Shown here in pieces: positions 61,620-64,000 of a DNA stretch of 64,000 nt. The notes under the pieces were generated by a model. The model was not told the origin of the DNA. It did not search any database and saw only the letters and a program-made list of their open reading frames with translations. The translations under genes were made by a program, and so were the position numbers. Source of the DNA: Gemmatimonadota bacterium (GTDB taxonomy: Bacteria; Gemmatimonadota; Gemmatimonadetes; Longimicrobiales; Gaopeijiaceae). Where the stretch lies: contig JAPPNO010000117.1 of assembly GCA_028873845.1 (NCBI GenBank), forward strand, positions 794-64,793, read 5' to 3'. Every line of letters starts with the position of its first letter. Within the stretch, counting starts at the first letter, position 1.

Positions 61620-64000
61620 GGGGCCCGGCAGCGGGCAGGGGAAATCCCCTCGGCGTATCACTCGGGCGGCGCTGGGCGGTCCTCATGTTCACCGTCCCCC
61701 TCTTCACGGCTCCACTCGGCGCCCAGAACCCCCAGGAGGTGGCGCTGCTCCTTGGTCGGACCGGCGTCGAACCCGAGTCCGGCTCCCTTCTGGCCACCCC
61801 CTCCCGCCTCACGATCGAGCAACTGCCCCTGGCCGACGCGCTTGCCCGGCTCTCCAGGCGTTCCGGCGTCCAGGTCGCCTTCAGCCCCAGCCTTCTCCCC
61901 CCCGGCCACCTCGTCGCCTGCGCCTGCGACACGCTGAACATCGCCCGCGCCCTCGACGAGTTGCTGGACGGCACCGGGCTCGGGTATGTCGAACTCGGGA
62001 CGCAGGTGATCGTCGTCCCCCTGGCGCCGCCGGAGGCACCGCGCCTTGACGGGACGATCAGGGGCCGGATCCGCACCGAGGTCGCTTTCCCCGTCGAGGA
62101 CGCAACCGCCATCCTGCGCCCGGCGGGCGATTCCACCCGGACGAGGGTGGCCCTGACCGACCGTCTCGGCTACTTCGCCTTCCGCGGCCTGGCCGCCGGA
62201 AACTACGTGCTCACGGTGGGCCGCATCGGCTATGCGGGCCACGATGAGGCGGTGACGGTGACGCCCGGGAGCGTTGTCGACGTCGGTGTCGCCCTGGCCG
62301 AGCGCGCGGTACCGCTCGAGGGGATCCAGGTGGACGGTCTCGGCGAACGCAACCGGGTGCGCTTCCAGGAGTCCGCGGCCGGCATGCCGATGGAGATGGA
62401 CCGGGCACGCGTGCGGTCCATGGCAGGCGCGGTCGAGGCGGATCCGGTCCGTACCGTCGATGCGGTCCCGGGCGTGACGAGGGTATCGGAGATCGGGGCC
62501 TCCTTCAACGTGCGCGGCGGCTCGGCGGACCAGAACCTGGTCCTGCTCGATGGCGTTCCCATCTTCAACCCCTTCCACATGCTCGGCGTCTTCTCGGTCT
62601 TCAACGCCGACATGGTCAAGCGGACGGAGCTGCATTCGGGCGGCTTCCCGGCCGAGTACGGAGGGCGGGCATCGTCGGTCCTTCTCATCGAGAGCGACCT
62701 GGGCGACGGCGAGTTCGGGGTCGACGCGGGACTCAGTCTGCTCACCTCGCGGCTCGCGGTGTCCGGCGGGCTGCCGGAGGAAATCAGGGACGGCTTCGGG
62801 CTGGCCAGCGCGCGGTGGCGGCTCTCCGGACGTCGCAGCTACGCCGACATCGTAGCCAACCCCTTCCTGCGCGCCGACTTCCCCTATCACCTTCAGGACC
62901 GCCAGTTCGGCTTCGAAGCGTGGAGCCGGGGCGGAAGCCGGTTGCGGGTCACCTACTACTCGGGAACGGACGCCTTCAACCTGACGAACTTCGAGCGCCT
63001 CGACCGCTCCAATGGGGCCGACGAGGATCTGCATCCCGACCAGGATGTTACGTGGCACTGGGGGAACAGGGCTTTCGGCTTCTCCTGGACCCGCCCCTAT
63101 TCCGGTGGAGGCTCCTTCGACATCCACGGATCGTATTCGCGCTTCGAAGGCGACTTCAACATGTCGGAGTTCGGGTCGCCGGTGCTGGAGACCGCGATCC
63201 GGCGGTATTCGCTCGGCGCGGACATGGAGCGCAGGCCCGCCTCGTCGCTCCGGTGGAAGTCGGGGCTTGCCCTGGAGTACCTGGACTATGCGGACTTCAG
63301 CAGGGGAGCGTTGGAGTCGCTGGTGCGAAACGACGAGTCGCGCGGACTGGGCGTATCCGCGTTTTCGCAGTTCAAATGGACTCCGGGCCGGCGCTGGCTG
63401 GTGGAGGGAGGCATCCGGGGGGACGCCTGGAAAAACGACTACGGGTACAGCCTGGATCGCGATCGGGTGTGGGGCAGCATCTCGCCCCGGATCGCCGCCA
63501 AGCGCTTTCTGGGGGCCGGACGGTGGGCCGTGCGGCTGGCCGCCGGTCGCTACGTCCAGCACCTGCAGTCGGTGCGCGACGAATCCCTGCCGATCGCACT
63601 GGACTCGTGGGTGCTGCCGGGCGAAGGAGTGTCGCCGATGGTCTCATTCCAATACCAGGGAGGGGTCGAAGGCTTCTTCGGCACCGGCGACCGGTGGTTC
63701 GCCTCCGCCGTCGCATTCCATCGCAGCTACGCCGGCCTGGCGCGAAGGAACTGGGCCGACAACCCTCACGGCGGGTACGACGACTACCTGTCCGGCACGG
63801 GCAGATCCCACGGGGCGGAGTTCCTGCTGCGGCGGCACAAGGGCGCGACCACGGGGTGGGTGTCCGTCTCGCTCCTCAAGGCGACCCGCAGGTTTCCCGG
63901 GATCGGCACCGGGCTGGACCCGGCCCCGGTGATCGAGTATCCGCCCGCCTTCGACCGCCGGCTGCAGCTGGACCTGGTCGTTCAGCGCCGGTTGCCGTGG
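61616..64000 (+). CDS. TonB-dependent receptor with STN signalling domain + CarboxypepD_reg + plug, partial (runs off the right edge)
   Basis: Not in the ORF track because there is no stop in the window. My translation begins VRGPAAGRGNPLGVSLGRRWAVLMFTVPLFTAPLGAQ. It continues with LADALARLSRRSGVQVAFSPSLL (STN) and GTIRGRIRTE...GNYVLTVGRIGY (CarboxypepD_reg). The plug is DAVPGVTRVSEIGASFNVRGGSADQNLVLLDGVPIFNPFH, and barrel strands run to 64000. The GTG overlaps the FecR stop (GTGA); an alternative ATG lies at 61685. Confidence 0.85.
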   Translation, partial: MRGPAAGRGNPLGVSLGRRWAVLMFTVPLFTAPLGAQNPQEVALLLGRTGVEPESGSLLATPSRLTIEQLPLADALARLSRRSGVQVAFSPSLLPPGHLVACACDTLNIARALDELLDGTGLGYVELGTQVIVVPLAPPEAPRLDGTIRGRIRTEVAFPVEDATAILRPAGDSTRTRVALTDRLGYFAFRGLAAGNYVLTVGRIGYAGHDEAVTVTPGSVVDVGVALAERAVPLEGIQVDGLGERNRVRFQESAAGMPMEMDRARVRSMAGAVEADPVRTVDAVPGVTRVSEIGASFNVRGGSADQNLVLLDGVPIFNPFHMLGVFSVFNADMVKRTELHSGGFPAEYGGRASSVLLIESDLGDGEFGVDAGLSLLTSRLAVSGGLPEEIRDGFGLASARWRLSGRRSYADIVANPFLRADFPYHLQDRQFGFEAWSRGGSRLRVTYYSGTDAFNLTNFERLDRSNGADEDLHPDQDVTWHWGNRAFGFSWTRPYSGGGSFDIHGSYSRFEGDFNMSEFGSPVLETAIRRYSLGADMERRPASSLRWKSGLALEYLDYADFSRGALESLVRNDESRGLGVSAFSQFKWTPGRRWLVEGGIRGDAWKNDYGYSLDRDRVWGSISPRIAAKRFLGAGRWAVRLAAGRYVQHLQSVRDESLPIALDSWVLPGEGVSPMVSFQYQGGVEGFFGTGDRWFASAVAFHRSYAGLARRNWADNPHGGYDDYLSGTGRSHGAEFLLRRHKGATTGWVSVSLLKATRRFPGIGTGLDPAPVIEYPPAFDRRLQLDLVVQRRLPW

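Noticed and set aside
61658-63562. 634-aa minus-strand ORF
   Set aside because: It lies antisense to a frame with clear STN, CarboxypepD_reg and plug motifs. Its own product is Arg/Gly/Pro-rich low-complexity sequence, typical of high-GC shadow ORFs.

Overview
Very GC-rich bacterial chromosomal segment, roughly 70% G+C by eye. The gene content (many CarboxypepD_reg/TonB-plug proteins, NHL-type 6-bladed beta-propeller lipoproteins, TPR proteins) suggests a Gemmatimonadota-like organism, but that is inference only. I support about 45 protein genes. Housekeeping genes include purE, purK, greA, a glpD-like gene, a TlpA-like thioredoxin, an M19 dipeptidase, an amidase and an acyl-CoA oxidase. Envelope and uptake genes include two TonB-dependent receptors, an ECF-sigma/FecR/STN-receptor module, and a BtuCD-type ABC pair behind a cobalamin riboswitch. 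I saw no rRNA, tRNA or CRISPR array. Four regions deserve a second look. (1) 28.1-37.8 kb is a periplasmic quinoprotein/cytochrome island that ends in a single-ORF fusion of a PQQ alcohol dehydrogenase to a beta-lactamase-fold serine hydrolase. (2) 52.47-54.05 kb is a DUF222/HNH gene bracketed by inverted copies of a 47-nt repeat plus a 40-bp tandem array, with a solo copy of the repeat at 5.26 kb. (3) 4.1-7.0 kb holds two mosaic zinc-ribbon membrane paralogues flanking a membrane protein with LAS/M15-like motifs. (4) Two intergenic regions (28.1-28.6 kb and 32.96-33.07 kb) are unusually rich in structure and short repeats. Family names come from motif recognition by eye. I ran no database or covariance search, so novelty is unverified. 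As expected at this GC content, many long ORFs in the track are antisense or out-of-frame shadows and were rejected.
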